NCBI GenBank assembly: GCA_964412175.1 | Contig: CAYPND010000012.1 | Location: 1,540-65,539 of the forward strand | DNA length: 64,000 bases | Reading direction: 5' to 3' | Origin: an uncultured Microbacteriaceae bacterium | GTDB lineage: Bacteria; Actinomycetota; Actinomycetes; Actinomycetales; Microbacteriaceae | Shown here: in pieces, positions 10,687 to 21,220 of the stretch | Layout of the letters: each line of letters opens with the position of its first letter | How positions within the stretch are numbered: the stretch's first letter is position 1 | Program-made: the position numbers and the translations under genes | The notes under the pieces: generated by a model | Database searches by the model: none | What the model was told of the DNA's origin: nothing | What the model saw: only the letters and a program-made list of their open reading frames with translations

Positions 10687-12297
10687 ATGGCCGGCCCCGC
10701 GCACGACCCCGCCCTCTACCGCCACCGCGATGCCGTACCGGTTCGCCGCGCGCTCATCTCGGTGAGCGACAAGACGGGGCTGCTCAAGCTCGCCTCGGCG
10801 CTCGCCGCGGGCGGCGTCGAGATGGTGTCGACGGGCTCGACGGCGGCGACGATCGCCGCGGCGGGGCATCCCGTCACCGAGGTCGCGGCCGTCACGGGCT
10901 TCGCCGAGACGCTCGACGGGCGGGTCAAGACCCTGCACCCGAAGGTGCACGCGGGCATCCTCGCCGACCTCCGGCTGGCGTCGCATGAGGCGCAGTTGAT
11001 CGACCTCGGCGTGACGCCCTTCGACCTCGTCGTCGTGAACCTGTACCCCTTCGTCGAGACCGTCGCCTCGGGCGCCGAGGGTGATGCGGTCATCGAGCAG
11101 ATCGACATCGGCGGGCCCGCGATGGTGCGCGCCGCCGCCAAGAACCACGCCAACGTCGCGATCATCGTCGACCCGGCCGACTACGTCGCCGTCACGAAGG
11201 CGCTCACGCTCGGGGGCACGACGCTCGCCCAGCGGCAGCGCTTCGCCGCCAAGGCCTTCGCGCACACGGCCGCCTACGACACCGCGGTCGCCGGCTGGTT
11301 CGCCGACACGCTCGGGGTGCGCTCCGAGCACCCGGCCGCCGATGGTAGCCCGGCGACTCTGCAGGTGTCGGCGCGGCTGCAGCAGGTGCTGCGCTACGGC
11401 GAGAACAGCCACCAGCACGCCGCGCTCTACCGCGCCGACGGCAGCGGTTCTGAATCAGCGCCGGGCATCGCGCAGGCGACCCAGCTGCACGGCAAAGAGA
11501 TGTCGTACAACAATTTCGTGGATGCTGACGCCGCCGTGCGCGCCGCCTACGACCACGACGCCCCGGCCGTGGCGATCATCAAGCACGCGAACCCCTGCGG
11601 CATCGCGGTCGCGGCCTCGATCGCGGACGCGCACGCAGCCGCGAACGCGTGCGACCCCGTCTCGGCCTTCGGGGGAGTGATCGCCGCCAACCGCGTCATC
11701 ACGCGCGAAGCCGCCGAGTCGATCGCCCCGATCTTCACCGAGGTCGTCGTCGCGCCGGGCTTCGAGCCCGGGGCGCTCGAGGTGCTGCGCGAGAAGAAGA
11801 ACATCCGGCTCATCGAACTGCCCCCGGGCTTCGCGCTCGGCGACGTCGAGCTGCGCCAAGTGAGCGGGGGATGGCTGCGGCAGAGCGCCGACCGCGAGTT
11901 CGCGCCCGCGAGCGACTGGCAGCTCGTCTCCGGCCCCGCCGCCTCGGCCGAGCAGCTCGCCGACCTCGAATTCGCGTGGCGCGCGTGCCGGGCCGTGAAG
12001 TCGAACGCGATTCTGCTGGCGTCGGGCGGAGCATCCGTCGGCGTGGGCATGGGCCAGGTCAACCGCGTCGACTCGTGCCACCTCGCCGTCTCGCGCGCGG
12101 GCGATCGTGCGCGCGGCTCGGTCGCCGCGAGCGACGCGTTCTTCCCCTTCGCCGACGGCCTGCAGGTGCTCATCGATGCGGGTGTCGCGGCCGTCGTGCA
12201 GCCCGGCGGCTCGGTGCGCGACGAGGAGGTCATCGCGGCGGCCCAGGCGGCCGGCGTGACGATGTACTTCACGGGCGAGCGGCACTTCTTCCACTAG
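10687..12297 (+). CDS. purH: Bifunctional AICAR formyltransferase / IMP cyclohydrolase
   Basis: 536 aa. [28 protein letters not shown]-terminal FTGERHFFH. Confidence 0.95.
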   Translation: MAGPAHDPALYRHRDAVPVRRALISVSDKTGLLKLASALAAGGVEMVSTGSTAATIAAAGHPVTEVAAVTGFAETLDGRVKTLHPKVHAGILADLRLASHEAQLIDLGVTPFDLVVVNLYPFVETVASGAEGDAVIEQIDIGGPAMVRAAAKNHANVAIIVDPADYVAVTKALTLGGTTLAQRQRFAAKAFAHTAAYDTAVAGWFADTLGVRSEHPAADGSPATLQVSARLQQVLRYGENSHQHAALYRADGSGSESAPGIAQATQLHGKEMSYNNFVDADAAVRAAYDHDAPAVAIIKHANPCGIAVAASIADAHAAANACDPVSAFGGVIAANRVITREAAESIAPIFTEVVVAPGFEPGALEVLREKKNIRLIELPPGFALGDVELRQVSGGWLRQSADREFAPASDWQLVSGPAASAEQLADLEFAWRACRAVKSNAILLASGGASVGVGMGQVNRVDSCHLAVSRAGDRARGSVAASDAFFPFADGLQVLIDAGVAAVVQPGGSVRDEEVIAAAQAAGVTMYFTGERHFFH

Positions 12298-12310
12298 CCG
12301 CCCGGGTAGC

Positions 12311-13516
12311 GTGGAGAGCATGACGCCCCTCGCTCGCCGCCTGCTCGACTCCTTCCTCGCCGCGCTCGCGGTCGCCCTCGTCACGCACGTCGTGACGGTC
12401 GTGCTCTTCGCCGCGATTAACGGGGCGACGGTCGAGGTGCTCGCGCAGGTCAACGGAGTCTTCGGCTTCTCGTCGCTGCTGCTCTTCATCTTCGTCGCCA
12501 TCATCGGCACGGCGGGCGTGCTCGACAACCGCTGGATCTCCCTCGCGGTCGCCGTGCTCGCGGCCTTCGTCTCGTCGTGGCTCGGCGCCCTGCTCGCGAT
12601 CGTCTCGGCGGGCAACCCGATCAGCGGCGAGCTCATCGACTACCTGTGGATCAGCGTCTTCGGCTTCAACCTGCTGTTCCAGGTGGTCGCCGTGCTCGCG
12701 GTCGTCACGGTGGGTCGACGCGTGTGGATGGCGCGCCAGGCGGGCGCCGCGGCATCCCGCCGCCTCGCGATCGTGCGGATGCCCAGCTCGCGCCTCGCGG
12801 AGGGCGAGCTCACCCACCAGGAGCGCGTGCCCGTCGACATGGATCTCGCCGATGCGCAGTGGGAGGCCTACGTCGAGGCGCTGCGCGCCGAGAGCTTCTC
12901 GATCGTCAACGTTCCGCCCGCCGACGAGCTGCCCGACTCGGTGTTCATCGAAGACGCGCTCGTCATGATCGGCAGCACCGCGGTCGTCACGCGCCCGGGC
13001 GCCGACTCGCGCCGGGCCGAGGTCGACGCCGCCGAGCAGACGGCGCGCGAGCTGGGGCTGCACATCGAGCGCATCGTCGAGCCCGGCACGCTCGATGGCG
13101 GGGACGTTCTGGCGATTGGCGACGTGCTCTACGTCGGCCGGGGTGGGCGCACCAACGCGGAGGGCATTCGGCAGCTGCGGGCCATCGCCCGGCGGCACGG
13201 GCGTGATGTCGTCGCCGTGCCCGTGACGAAGGCGCTGCACCTCAAGAGCGCCGTGACCGCGCTGCCCGACGGAACCGTGGTGGGGCATCCGTCTCTCATC
13301 GATGACGTGTCGATGTGGCGCAGCTTCCTGCCCATGCCCGAGGCCGAGGGCGGCCACGTCGTCGTGCTGAGCGACGACGCCGTGCTCATGGCGGCCTCGG
13401 CGCCGCAGAGCGCCGAGCTCATCCGATCGCTCGGCTACCGCGTGGTGACGGTCGACATCACCGAGTTCGAGAAGCTCGAGGGGTGCGTCACGTGCCCGAG
13501 CGTGCTCGTCAGGTAG
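12311..13516 (+). CDS. Membrane-anchored amidinotransferase-fold enzyme (dimethylarginine dimethylaminohydrolase / arginine deiminase-like)
   Basis: 401 aa. Four hydrophobic segments in roughly the first 140 aa, then a DDAH-like domain ending in the catalytic-Cys context EGCVTCPSVLV. Confidence 0.65.
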   Translation: MESMTPLARRLLDSFLAALAVALVTHVVTVVLFAAINGATVEVLAQVNGVFGFSSLLLFIFVAIIGTAGVLDNRWISLAVAVLAAFVSSWLGALLAIVSAGNPISGELIDYLWISVFGFNLLFQVVAVLAVVTVGRRVWMARQAGAAASRRLAIVRMPSSRLAEGELTHQERVPVDMDLADAQWEAYVEALRAESFSIVNVPPADELPDSVFIEDALVMIGSTAVVTRPGADSRRAEVDAAEQTARELGLHIERIVEPGTLDGGDVLAIGDVLYVGRGGRTNAEGIRQLRAIARRHGRDVVAVPVTKALHLKSAVTALPDGTVVGHPSLIDDVSMWRSFLPMPEAEGGHVVVLSDDAVLMAASAPQSAELIRSLGYRVVTVDITEFEKLEGCVTCPSVLVR

Positions 13517-13673
13517 GCAGTCAGTAACGCCCGCATCACGATTCGGGCCGGGTTCGACAATCGTCATACCAAACCCATAGGCTGAAAGGCTCTGCTCAGC
13601 CACCCTGGGCAGCGCATCATCTGCCACCATCCCGCACCCGCCACGAGCGGGCGCGCTGCCTCGAGGACTCACC

Positions 13674-15596
13674 GTGTCGACGACGAAACCCGATCAGCCC
13701 CGCCTGAGCACCTTCCGGGCCATCGCGCGCATCTACCCCTTCGCGAAGCCCGCCATGCCCTGGATCTACGCCGGCATGGGCGCGGCGCTCGCCGCGGGAA
13801 TCGTCACGCTCGTCATCCCGATCGTGCTGCAGGGCCTCGTCGATGGCCCGCTGCGCACGGGCGACCCCGCGCAGATCTGGCCTGCCGCGATCATCGTGCT
13901 CGTGCTCGGCGTGCTCGAGGCCGTGTTCATCATGCTGCGGCGCCTGTTCGTGCTGACCCCCGGCACGCACATCGAGGCGCGCATGCGCAACGGCCTCTAC
14001 GCGCAGCTGCAAGATCTGCCGGTCGCCTTCCACGACCGCTGGCAGTCGGGCCAGCTGCTGAGCCGCGCCGTGAGCGACCTCAACCTCATCCGCCGCTGGC
14101 TGTCGTTCGGCTTCGTGCTGCTCATCGTCAACTCGGTAACGATCGTCATCGGCTTCATCGTGCTCATCAACTGGAGCCTCTGGCTCGGGCTGCTCTTCCT
14201 CGTGATGAGCATCCCCTTGTGGATCTACGGCTACCTCTTCGAGAACAAGTACTCCGTCATCGCGCGGCGCGCGCAAGACCAGCAGGGCGACCTCGCCACG
14301 GCGGTCGAAGAGAGCGTGCACGGCATCCGTGTTCTCAAGGCCTTCGGGCGCGGCAAGCACTCGCTGCTGAAGTTCGCCGACCAGGCCGAGCTGCTGCGCG
14401 GCACCGAGATCGAGAAGGCCAAGGCGATCGCGGGCATCTGGTTCTGGCTGCTGCTCGTCCCCGATGTCGCCTTCGCGCTGTGCTTGCTCGGCGGCGTCGC
14501 GCTCGCGGCGAACGGTGAGCTCACGGTCGGCGAGCTCTTCGCCTTTTTCGCGACGGCGACCGTGCTGCGCTTCCCGATCGAGTCGATCGGCTTCCTGCTC
14601 TCGATGACCTTCGACACCCGCACGGCGACCGACCGCTTCTTCGAGGTCATGGACGAGATCAACACGATCACCGACCCCGAGTCGCCGGTCTCGATCACCA
14701 CACCCACCGGTCGCCTCACCTTCGAGAACGTGGTGTTCCGGTACCAGGATGCTCCCGCCGACCAGCCCGGAATCCTCGACGGCATCGACCTCACCCTCGA
14801 GCCCGGCGAGACCATGGCCCTCGTCGGCATCACGGGCAGCGGCAAGACGACCATGACGGCACTCGCCTCGCGGCTGTACGACGCCACCTCGGGGCGCGTG
14901 CTGCTCGACGGCGTCGACGTGCGCGACCTCACGCGCGACGAGCTGCGCCGCCACATCGCGATGGCCTTCGAAGACGCGACGCTCTTCTCGGCGAGCGTGC
15001 GCGACAACGTGCTGCTCGGGCGCCCCGAGCTCACCGAGAGCGACGACCCGGCCGATGCGGCCGAGGCCGAGCGCGTGCTCGCCGAGGCGCTTGAGATCGC
15101 CCAGGCCGACTTCGTGCACAGCCTGCCCGACGGCGTCGACACGACCGTGGGGGAGGAGGGCCTGAGCCTCTCGGGTGGCCAGCGCCAGCGTCTCGCACTT
15201 GCGCGCGCCGTCGCCGCGAACCCCGCCGTGCTCGTGCTCGACGACCCGCTGAGCGCGCTCGACGTGGACACCGAGGCTCTCGTCGAGGCCGCGCTGCGGC
15301 GCGTGCTCGCGACGACCACCGGCCTGATCGTCGCGCACCGGCCATCCACCGTGCAGATGGCCGACCGGGTCGCGCTGCTACAGGAGGGGCGCATCACCGA
15401 CGTCGGCACCCACAGCGAGCTGCTCACGCGCAACGAGCACTACCGCTATGTCATCTCGTCACTGGAGGACGAAGAGCTCGCCGCGGCCGAGCGCGCCGAC
15501 CGCGAGCTCAAGCTCGCCGAGCTGGAGGGCCGACGGCGCGATGCCATCGACCGCGAGAGCAGAGTCATCGACAACGAGGGCGAGGTGACCCGATGA
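13674..15596 (+). CDS. ABC exporter, fused permease/ATPase subunit
   Basis: 640 aa. Six-TM exporter domain then GITGSGKTT (Walker A), [13 protein letters not shown] (signature), [11 protein letters not shown] (Walker B). Confidence 0.9.
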   Translation: MSTTKPDQPRLSTFRAIARIYPFAKPAMPWIYAGMGAALAAGIVTLVIPIVLQGLVDGPLRTGDPAQIWPAAIIVLVLGVLEAVFIMLRRLFVLTPGTHIEARMRNGLYAQLQDLPVAFHDRWQSGQLLSRAVSDLNLIRRWLSFGFVLLIVNSVTIVIGFIVLINWSLWLGLLFLVMSIPLWIYGYLFENKYSVIARRAQDQQGDLATAVEESVHGIRVLKAFGRGKHSLLKFADQAELLRGTEIEKAKAIAGIWFWLLLVPDVAFALCLLGGVALAANGELTVGELFAFFATATVLRFPIESIGFLLSMTFDTRTATDRFFEVMDEINTITDPESPVSITTPTGRLTFENVVFRYQDAPADQPGILDGIDLTLEPGETMALVGITGSGKTTMTALASRLYDATSGRVLLDGVDVRDLTRDELRRHIAMAFEDATLFSASVRDNVLLGRPELTESDDPADAAEAERVLAEALEIAQADFVHSLPDGVDTTVGEEGLSLSGGQRQRLALARAVAANPAVLVLDDPLSALDVDTEALVEAALRRVLATTTGLIVAHRPSTVQMADRVALLQEGRITDVGTHSELLTRNEHYRYVISSLEDEELAAAERADRELKLAELEGRRRDAIDRESRVIDNEGEVTR

Positions 15597-17401
15597 GCGT
15601 CACGGGGGTCGAGGGCGAAGAGCGCGACGACTTCTCGCGCGCCGAGTCGAAGCAGATCCGGGCTCGATCGCTGCGCCTGCTCGGCTCGCTCGTGCGCCCG
15701 GTGCGCTGGCGCATCGTGGGCACGATGGTCGTGCTCGTCATCTCGATCGCGCTGCAGGTCGCAGGCCCTGCGCTCATCGCGTTCGGCATCAACACGGGCC
15801 TGCCCGCGCTACTCGATCAGAACGACTGGATGCCCGTCGCGCTCATCGTCGGCGCTTACGTGTTCACCGGCGTCGTCGGAGCGGGCCTCGCCGCCGCGTT
15901 CCAGGTGATCAGCGCGCGCTTGAGCCAGGCGATCCTGCTCGACCTGCGCAAACGCGTCTTCCTGCACACGCAGCGGCTCTCGCTCGAGTTCCACGAGTCG
16001 TACACCTCGGGGCGCATCATCGCGCGCCAGACGAGCGACCTCGACTCCATTCGCGAGCTGCTCGATTCGGGGCTCACGCAGCTCGTCTCGGGCGTGCTCT
16101 ACATGGGGTTCACCGCGGCAGCGCTCGTGCTGCTCGACCCTGTCTCGGGCATCGTGCTGGCCGTCTCGCTGATCCCGCTACTCGCTCTCACCCGGTGGTT
16201 CCAGGTGCGCTCGCAGAAGCTCTTCCGGCAGACGCGCGTGGCCTCGGCCCGCCTCATCGTGCACTTCGTCGAGACCATGACGGGCATCCGCGCCGTCAAG
16301 GCGTTCCGGAAGGAGCCCCGCAACGAGCGGCAGTTCGCCGGCCACGTCGAGGACTACCGCGACGCGAACGCGCGCGTCATCCGCCTCTTCGGCATCTTCG
16401 ATCCCGGACTCGTGCTCATCGGCAATGTGACGGTCGCGGCGGTGCTTGTCGTGGGCGCGTTCCGCGTCGTCGACGGCGCGCTGCTCATCGGCTCGCTCCT
16501 CGCGATCGTGCTCTACACGCGCCGGTTCTTCGACCCGGCCGAAGAGATGGCGATGTTCTACAACTCGTACCAGTCGGCCGCGGCCGCGCTCGAGAAGATC
16601 TCGGGCGTGCTGGAGGAGAAGCCGAGCGTGCCCGACCCGACGACGCCGATCGACCTGTGGAAGGCACGCGGCACGGTGCACTTCGACCGCGTGCGGTTCT
16701 CGTACAACGACGACACCGTCGTGCTGCCCGATCTCGAGCTGACCATCCCCGCCGGCCAGACGATCGCGCTCGTCGGCACGACGGGCGCCGGCAAGTCGAC
16801 GCTCGCGAAGCTCATCGCGCGTTTCTACGACCCGACCGGCGGCGCCGTGACGCTCGACGGCGTCAACCTGCGCAAGCTGCACCCGAAAGACCTGCGGCGC
16901 GCGATCGTCATGGTGACGCAAGAGGCGTACCTGTTCTCGGGCACCGTGGCCGACAACATCGCGCTGGGCAACCCCGAGGCGACCCGCGAGCAGATCGTCG
17001 CGGCCGCGAAGGCCGTCGGCGCGCACGACTTCATCGAGTCGCTGCCGAGCGGCTACGACACCGACGTCAACAAGCGCGGTGGCCGCGTCTCGGCGGGGCA
17101 GCGGCAGCTCATCTCGTTCGCGCGGGCCTTCCTCGCCGACCCGACCGTGCTCATCCTCGACGAGGCCACGGCCTCGCTCGACATCCCGAGCGAACGGCTC
17201 GTGCAGCAGGCCCTGCAGACCCTGCTCGCCGACCGCACCGCGGTGATCATCGCGCACCGGCTCTCGACCGTCGCGATCGCCGACCGCGTGCTCGTCATGG
17301 AGCACGGCCGCGTGATCGAAGACGGCACCCCAGCCGAGCTCATCGCGGGCACGGGCACGTTCGCGCAGCTGCACGCGGCCTGGCGCGAATCGCTCATCTA
17401 G
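15593..17401 (+). CDS. ABC exporter, fused permease/ATPase subunit (heterodimer partner)
   Basis: 602 aa. [37 protein letters not shown] overlap with the upstream subunit. Confidence 0.9.
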   Translation: MSVTGVEGEERDDFSRAESKQIRARSLRLLGSLVRPVRWRIVGTMVVLVISIALQVAGPALIAFGINTGLPALLDQNDWMPVALIVGAYVFTGVVGAGLAAAFQVISARLSQAILLDLRKRVFLHTQRLSLEFHESYTSGRIIARQTSDLDSIRELLDSGLTQLVSGVLYMGFTAAALVLLDPVSGIVLAVSLIPLLALTRWFQVRSQKLFRQTRVASARLIVHFVETMTGIRAVKAFRKEPRNERQFAGHVEDYRDANARVIRLFGIFDPGLVLIGNVTVAAVLVVGAFRVVDGALLIGSLLAIVLYTRRFFDPAEEMAMFYNSYQSAAAALEKISGVLEEKPSVPDPTTPIDLWKARGTVHFDRVRFSYNDDTVVLPDLELTIPAGQTIALVGTTGAGKSTLAKLIARFYDPTGGAVTLDGVNLRKLHPKDLRRAIVMVTQEAYLFSGTVADNIALGNPEATREQIVAAAKAVGAHDFIESLPSGYDTDVNKRGGRVSAGQRQLISFARAFLADPTVLILDEATASLDIPSERLVQQALQTLLADRTAVIIAHRLSTVAIADRVLVMEHGRVIEDGTPAELIAGTGTFAQLHAAWRESLI

Positions 17402-17465
17402 GCGGCGCGTGAATCGACCGCGCGAGCGACGCCACCGCGCCGTTGCCTCGCAACTCGTATCGTTC

Positions 17466-17503
17466 GCGACACCTCGCACGTAAGCCTGCGTACGAGGTGT
17501 CGC
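17466..17503. terminator. 11-bp perfect-stem hairpin after the ABC operon and before chrA
   Basis: GCGACACCTCG (17466..17476), N16 loop, CGAGGTGTCGC (17493..17503). No T-tract. Confidence 0.45.
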
Positions 17504-17559
17504 AAACGGTACGACGACGGCGACAGGGGCGTTCACCGCGGCTGGGTAGGGTTCGCGGT

Positions 17560-18801
17560 GTGAGCGATCGCCCCGTGGATGCTGCGCTCGAGCCCTCCGA
17601 GGAGCCCGAGCCCGCCCCGCGCGGGTCGGCGCTCGAGGTGCTCGGGCAGTTCGCGGTGCTCGGCCTCACGTCGTTCGGCGGACCCGTGGCGCACCTCGGC
17701 TACTTCCGCGAGCGGCTCGTGGTGCGCCAGCGGTGGATCAGCGAGCAGGGCTACGCCGAGCTCGTCGCCCTCGCGCAGTTCCTGCCCGGCCCCGCCTCGA
17801 GCCAGGTCGGGTTCGCGCTCGGGGTGCACCGGGCGGGAATCCGGGGCGGGCTCGCGGCGCTCGCGGCCTTCACCCTGCCGAGCGCGGTGGTGCTCGTGCT
17901 CGCGGCCCTCAGCGCGCCGCTGCTCGACGGCCCGGTCGCCGAGGGGCTCATCGCGGGGCTGAAGGTTGTCGCCGTCGCGGTCGTCGCGCACGCGGTGTGG
18001 GGCATGGCGCGCACGCTCACTCCCGACGTGCGCCGCGCGGGCATCGCCGTCGTCGCGGGCCTGTTCGTGCTGCTCGTCGGCACCGGGTGGGCGACGCTCG
18101 CGGCGATCGTGCTCGGTGCCCTCGCGGGCCTGCTGCTGTGCCGCGCGGGTCGCGTGGCCGCCGCGGCCGGGCTGAGCATCCCGATCTCTCGACGCGTGGG
18201 CGCCGCCTGCCTCGTCGCGGTCGGCGTCCTGCTGCTCGGCTTGCCCCTGCTCGCCGCGCTCGTGCCGAGCCAGCCGCTCGCGGTCGCCGACGGCTTCGTC
18301 CGCGCCGGGGCGCTCGTGTTCGGCGGCGGGCACGTCGTGTTGCCGCTGCTCGAGACCGCGGTCGTCGAGCCCGGCTGGGTGAGCGAGCAGCAGTTCCTGG
18401 CGGGCTACGGCGCCGCGCAGGCCGTGCCGGGGCCGCTCTTCACGGTGGCGGCCTTTCTCGGCGCCTCGATCGCCCCGGGTGCGGAGGGCGTGCTGCTCGC
18501 CGTGATCGCCCTCGTCGCGATCTTCCTGCCCGGGCTGCTGCTCATCGTCGGCGTGCTGCCGTTCTGGAGCGCGCTGCAGGGCCGCCCCGCTGTGCCTGCC
18601 CTCGTGCGCGGCGCCAATGCGGCCGTCGTCGGGGTGCTCGCGGCAGCGCTCTACGACCCCGTCGCGACGAGCGCGCTCGTCGACGCGCCCACCGTCGCGC
18701 TCGCGGTGCTGTGCACGGCGCTGCTCATCGTCGTGCTCGTGCCGGCGTGGGCGGTCGTCATCGTCGGTGCCGGCGGCGGGATGCTGCTTTCGGCCCTCTG
18801 A
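17560..18801 (+). CDS. chrA: Chromate efflux transporter (CHR family)
   Basis: FGGPVAHLGYFRE and a second FGGGHVVLPLL repeat (duplicated CHR domain). GTG 17560 chosen because the ORF portion upstream overlaps the hairpin; start is uncertain. Confidence 0.8.
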   Translation: MSDRPVDAALEPSEEPEPAPRGSALEVLGQFAVLGLTSFGGPVAHLGYFRERLVVRQRWISEQGYAELVALAQFLPGPASSQVGFALGVHRAGIRGGLAALAAFTLPSAVVLVLAALSAPLLDGPVAEGLIAGLKVVAVAVVAHAVWGMARTLTPDVRRAGIAVVAGLFVLLVGTGWATLAAIVLGALAGLLLCRAGRVAAAAGLSIPISRRVGAACLVAVGVLLLGLPLLAALVPSQPLAVADGFVRAGALVFGGGHVVLPLLETAVVEPGWVSEQQFLAGYGAAQAVPGPLFTVAAFLGASIAPGAEGVLLAVIALVAIFLPGLLLIVGVLPFWSALQGRPAVPALVRGANAAVVGVLAAALYDPVATSALVDAPTVALAVLCTALLIVVLVPAWAVVIVGAGGGMLLSAL

Positions 18802-18829
18802 CCCGCCGCAGGCCGCTCGACCCGCGTCG

Positions 18830-19165
18830 CTACGCCGGCGCCCAGCTGGCCACCGCGAGCTCGAGCCGGTAGTCGAGCGGCCCCCGGGCATCGTTGCCCC
18901 AGCGCAGCGGTGTGCCCTCGGCGCGGTAGTGCGCGAGCGCCTCGACCTCATGCCCCGCCGGCGGGCGGGCGTCGGCGCGCACGACGCGCCACCACGGCAC
19001 GCTCGAGCCCTCGGTGGCCATGACGCGACCGACCGCGCGGGCGCCGCGCGAGCCGAGCTCGGCGGCGACGTCGCCGTAGGTCATGACGCGGCCGGGCGGG
19101 ATGCCGTCGACCACGAGCAGCACGGCGCCGCCGAAGTCGAGAGGCGGCTCGCTCCCGGCGGGCAT
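18830..19165 (-). CDS. MGMT-family DNA-binding protein lacking the acceptor cysteine (alkyltransferase-like, ATL/YbaZ type)
   Basis: About 111 aa from ATG 19165. IPPGRVMTYGDVA...VPWWRVV where MGMT has PCHRV. Confidence 0.7.
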   Translation of the reverse strand: MPAGSEPPLDFGGAVLLVVDGIPPGRVMTYGDVAAELGSRGARAVGRVMATEGSSVPWWRVVRADARPPAGHEVEALAHYRAEGTPLRWGNDARGPLDYRLELAVASWAPA

Positions 19166-19190
19166 CCTGTGATCGATCGCCACCGGGTGG

Positions 19191-19643
19191 TCAGATCGTG
19201 AGCGAGCCGATCTTCTCGCCGTACTCGGTCTCGCCGGTCTCGACGAAGCCGATGCGGCGGAAGAACTCGCCCGGGCCGTCATCGCCGGTCTCCCAGATGA
19301 CGGTGACGGTGTGGAAGCCGCGCTGGCGCGCCTCTTCCGCCAGCTCGTGCACGGCGAACTTGCCGACGCCGCGGCCCTGCGCCGTGGCATCCACGTTGAT
19401 GCGCCAGATGCAGCTGCGGAACTCGGGTCGCGGGTTGTCGGCGTCGAAGTTGCCGCGGATGAAGCCGACGACGTCGTCGCCGTCGAGCACGACGCGTGCC
19501 CACGTCGTCGTGGGGTTCACGTAGGCGTCGGCCGCCGAGTACGAGACGGGCGTGACGAACTGCTCCTGCCCCGGCCTCAGCGTCAGGCCGTTCGCCGCCA
19601 CGATCGTCTTCGCCGACAATTCTTCTAGTCTCAGGCTCCCCAT
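19191..19643 (-). CDS. GNAT-family N-acetyltransferase
   Basis: 150 aa from ATG 19643. [29 protein letters not shown] is an acetyl-CoA-binding Q/RxxGxG motif. Confidence 0.8.
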   Translation of the reverse strand: MGSLRLEELSAKTIVAANGLTLRPGQEQFVTPVSYSAADAYVNPTTTWARVVLDGDDVVGFIRGNFDADNPRPEFRSCIWRINVDATAQGRGVGKFAVHELAEEARQRGFHTVTVIWETGDDGPGEFFRRIGFVETGETEYGEKIGSLTI

Positions 19644-19690
19644 GCACCCCAGGGTAGACGGTGGACCCGACCCGCGGGGTCGCCGATATA

Positions 19691-19704
19691 TCTCGATATC
19701 GAGA
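19691..19704. promoter_or_regulatory. Second copy of the palindrome TCTCGATATCGAGA, upstream of icd
   Basis: Read directly: gatataTCTCGATATCGAGAcaac, 61 nt upstream of the icd GTG, in the GNAT/icd divergent region. Confidence 0.5.
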
Positions 19705-19764
19705 CAACCCCGGGGAGCCGGTAGGCTGGCGGGCGGCACATCACCAACGGAAAGGCACCCCCTC

Positions 19765-20982
19765 GTGGAGAAGATCACGGTCGAAGGAACAGTCGTCGAG
19801 CTCGATGGCGACGAGATGACGCGCATCATCTGGCAGTTCATCAAGGACCGGCTCATCCACCCCTACCTCGAACTCACACTGGAGTACTACGACCTCGGCA
19901 TCCAGCACCGCGACGCGACCGACGATCAGGTCACGATCGATGCCGCGCACGCCATCATCAAGCACGGCGTCGGCGTGAAGTGCGCCACGATTACGCCCGA
20001 CGAGGCCCGCGTCGAGGAGTTCGGCCTCAAGAAGATGTGGAAGAGCCCGAACGGCACGATCCGCAACATCATCGGCGGTGTGATCTTCCGCGAGCCCATC
20101 GTGATCTCGAACATCCCGCGCCTCGTGCCGGGCTGGAACAAGCCGATCATCATTGGCCGCCACGCCTTCGGCGACCAGTACCGCGCCACCGACTTCCGCT
20201 TCGAGGGCAGGGGCACGCTCACCGTCGAGTTCACGCCGGAGGACGGCTCGGAGCCGATGAAGTTCGAGGTCTACCAGTCGCCCGGCAGCGGTGTGGCGCA
20301 GGTGCAGTACAACCTCGACGAGTCGATCCGCGACTTCGCGCGCGCCTCGCTCAACTACGGCCTGGCCCGCAACTACCCCGTGTACCTCTCGACCAAGAAC
20401 ACGATCCTCAAGGCCTACGACGGCCGCTTCAAGGATCTGTTCGAGGAGGTCTTCGAGGCCGAGTTCAAGGCGCAGTTCGAGGCCGCGGGCATCACCTACG
20501 AGCACCGCCTCATCGACGACATGGTCGCCTCGGCCATGAAGTGGGAGGGCGGCTACGTCTGGGCCTGCAAGAACTACGACGGCGACGTGCAGAGCGACAC
20601 CGTGGCGCAGGGCTTCGGCTCGCTCGGTCTCATGACGAGCGTGCTCACGAGCCCCGACGGCACGGTCGTCGAGGCCGAGGCGGCTCACGGCACGGTCACG
20701 CGCCACTACCGCATGCACCAGCAGGGCAAGCCCACGTCGACGAACCCCATCGCCTCGATCTTCGCGTGGACCCGCGGGCTCATGCACCGCGGCAAGCTCG
20801 ACGGCAACACCGCGCTCATCACCTTCGCCGAGACCCTCGAAGACGTCGTCATCACCACGGTCGAGAGCGGCAAGATGACGAAAGACCTGGCGATTCTCAT
20901 CAGCCCCGAGCAGCCGTACCTGACGACCGAGGACTTCCTCGCCGCGCTCGACGAAAACCTCAAGACGCGACTCGGCGTCTAG
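19765..20982 (+). CDS. icd: NADP-dependent isocitrate dehydrogenase (homodimeric, eukaryote-like subfamily)
   Basis: [23 protein letters not shown]..., [41 protein letters not shown] 19765 chosen (405 aa). Confidence 0.93.
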   Translation: MEKITVEGTVVELDGDEMTRIIWQFIKDRLIHPYLELTLEYYDLGIQHRDATDDQVTIDAAHAIIKHGVGVKCATITPDEARVEEFGLKKMWKSPNGTIRNIIGGVIFREPIVISNIPRLVPGWNKPIIIGRHAFGDQYRATDFRFEGRGTLTVEFTPEDGSEPMKFEVYQSPGSGVAQVQYNLDESIRDFARASLNYGLARNYPVYLSTKNTILKAYDGRFKDLFEEVFEAEFKAQFEAAGITYEHRLIDDMVASAMKWEGGYVWACKNYDGDVQSDTVAQGFGSLGLMTSVLTSPDGTVVEAEAAHGTVTRHYRMHQQGKPTSTNPIASIFAWTRGLMHRGKLDGNTALITFAETLEDVVITTVESGKMTKDLAILISPEQPYLTTEDFLAALDENLKTRLGV

Positions 20983-21000
20983 CCGACCGATCACGCGAGT

Positions 21001-21033
21001 GGATGCCCCGGGGCCGCGTGTCCCGGGGCATCC
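21001..21033. terminator. Hairpin after icd
   Basis: GGATGCCCCGGG, N9 loop, CCCGGGGCATCC. Perfect 12-bp stem, 19 nt after the icd stop. Confidence 0.6.
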
Positions 21034-21220
21034 GTCGTCACATCGTGCTTGCGCTGAAACGGGGGACATGAGCGGGGAACCCCCGGACGGGGGGATCTGA
21101 ACCAGTTTCGCTCTTGGACAGACTGGGCCAAGATGTAGGAGACATCGTCGAGCCCGAACGCTGTCACGGAGTTCGAGCCCTTGTTCGAGCACCCGGGGGA
21201 AATCGGGCGGGGGGAACTCA

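Noticed and set aside
12728-13516. Splitting ORF 12311..13516 into a separate small membrane protein and a soluble DDAH.
   Set aside because: There is no in-frame stop between the two parts, and the ORF starts 14 nt after purH. It was kept as one gene, with the internal-start alternative flagged in the findings.
19552-19764. 71-aa N-terminal extension of the icd ORF, and the extensions of ORFs 18830..19390 and 19191..19856.
   Set aside because: The extensions run through the divergent promoter region or neighbouring genes and have no homology-like sequence. Family-typical N-termini start at the internal GTG/ATG codons used in the feature list.
21065-21075. Recurring GGGGGACAT string (about 21065, 40426..40435, 56589..56597) as a possible shared motif.
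   Set aside because: At 40433..40435 it is simply the reverse complement of the sigma-factor ATG-TCC-CCC. The other copies are parts of unrelated G/C runs or hairpins, with no common flanking context.
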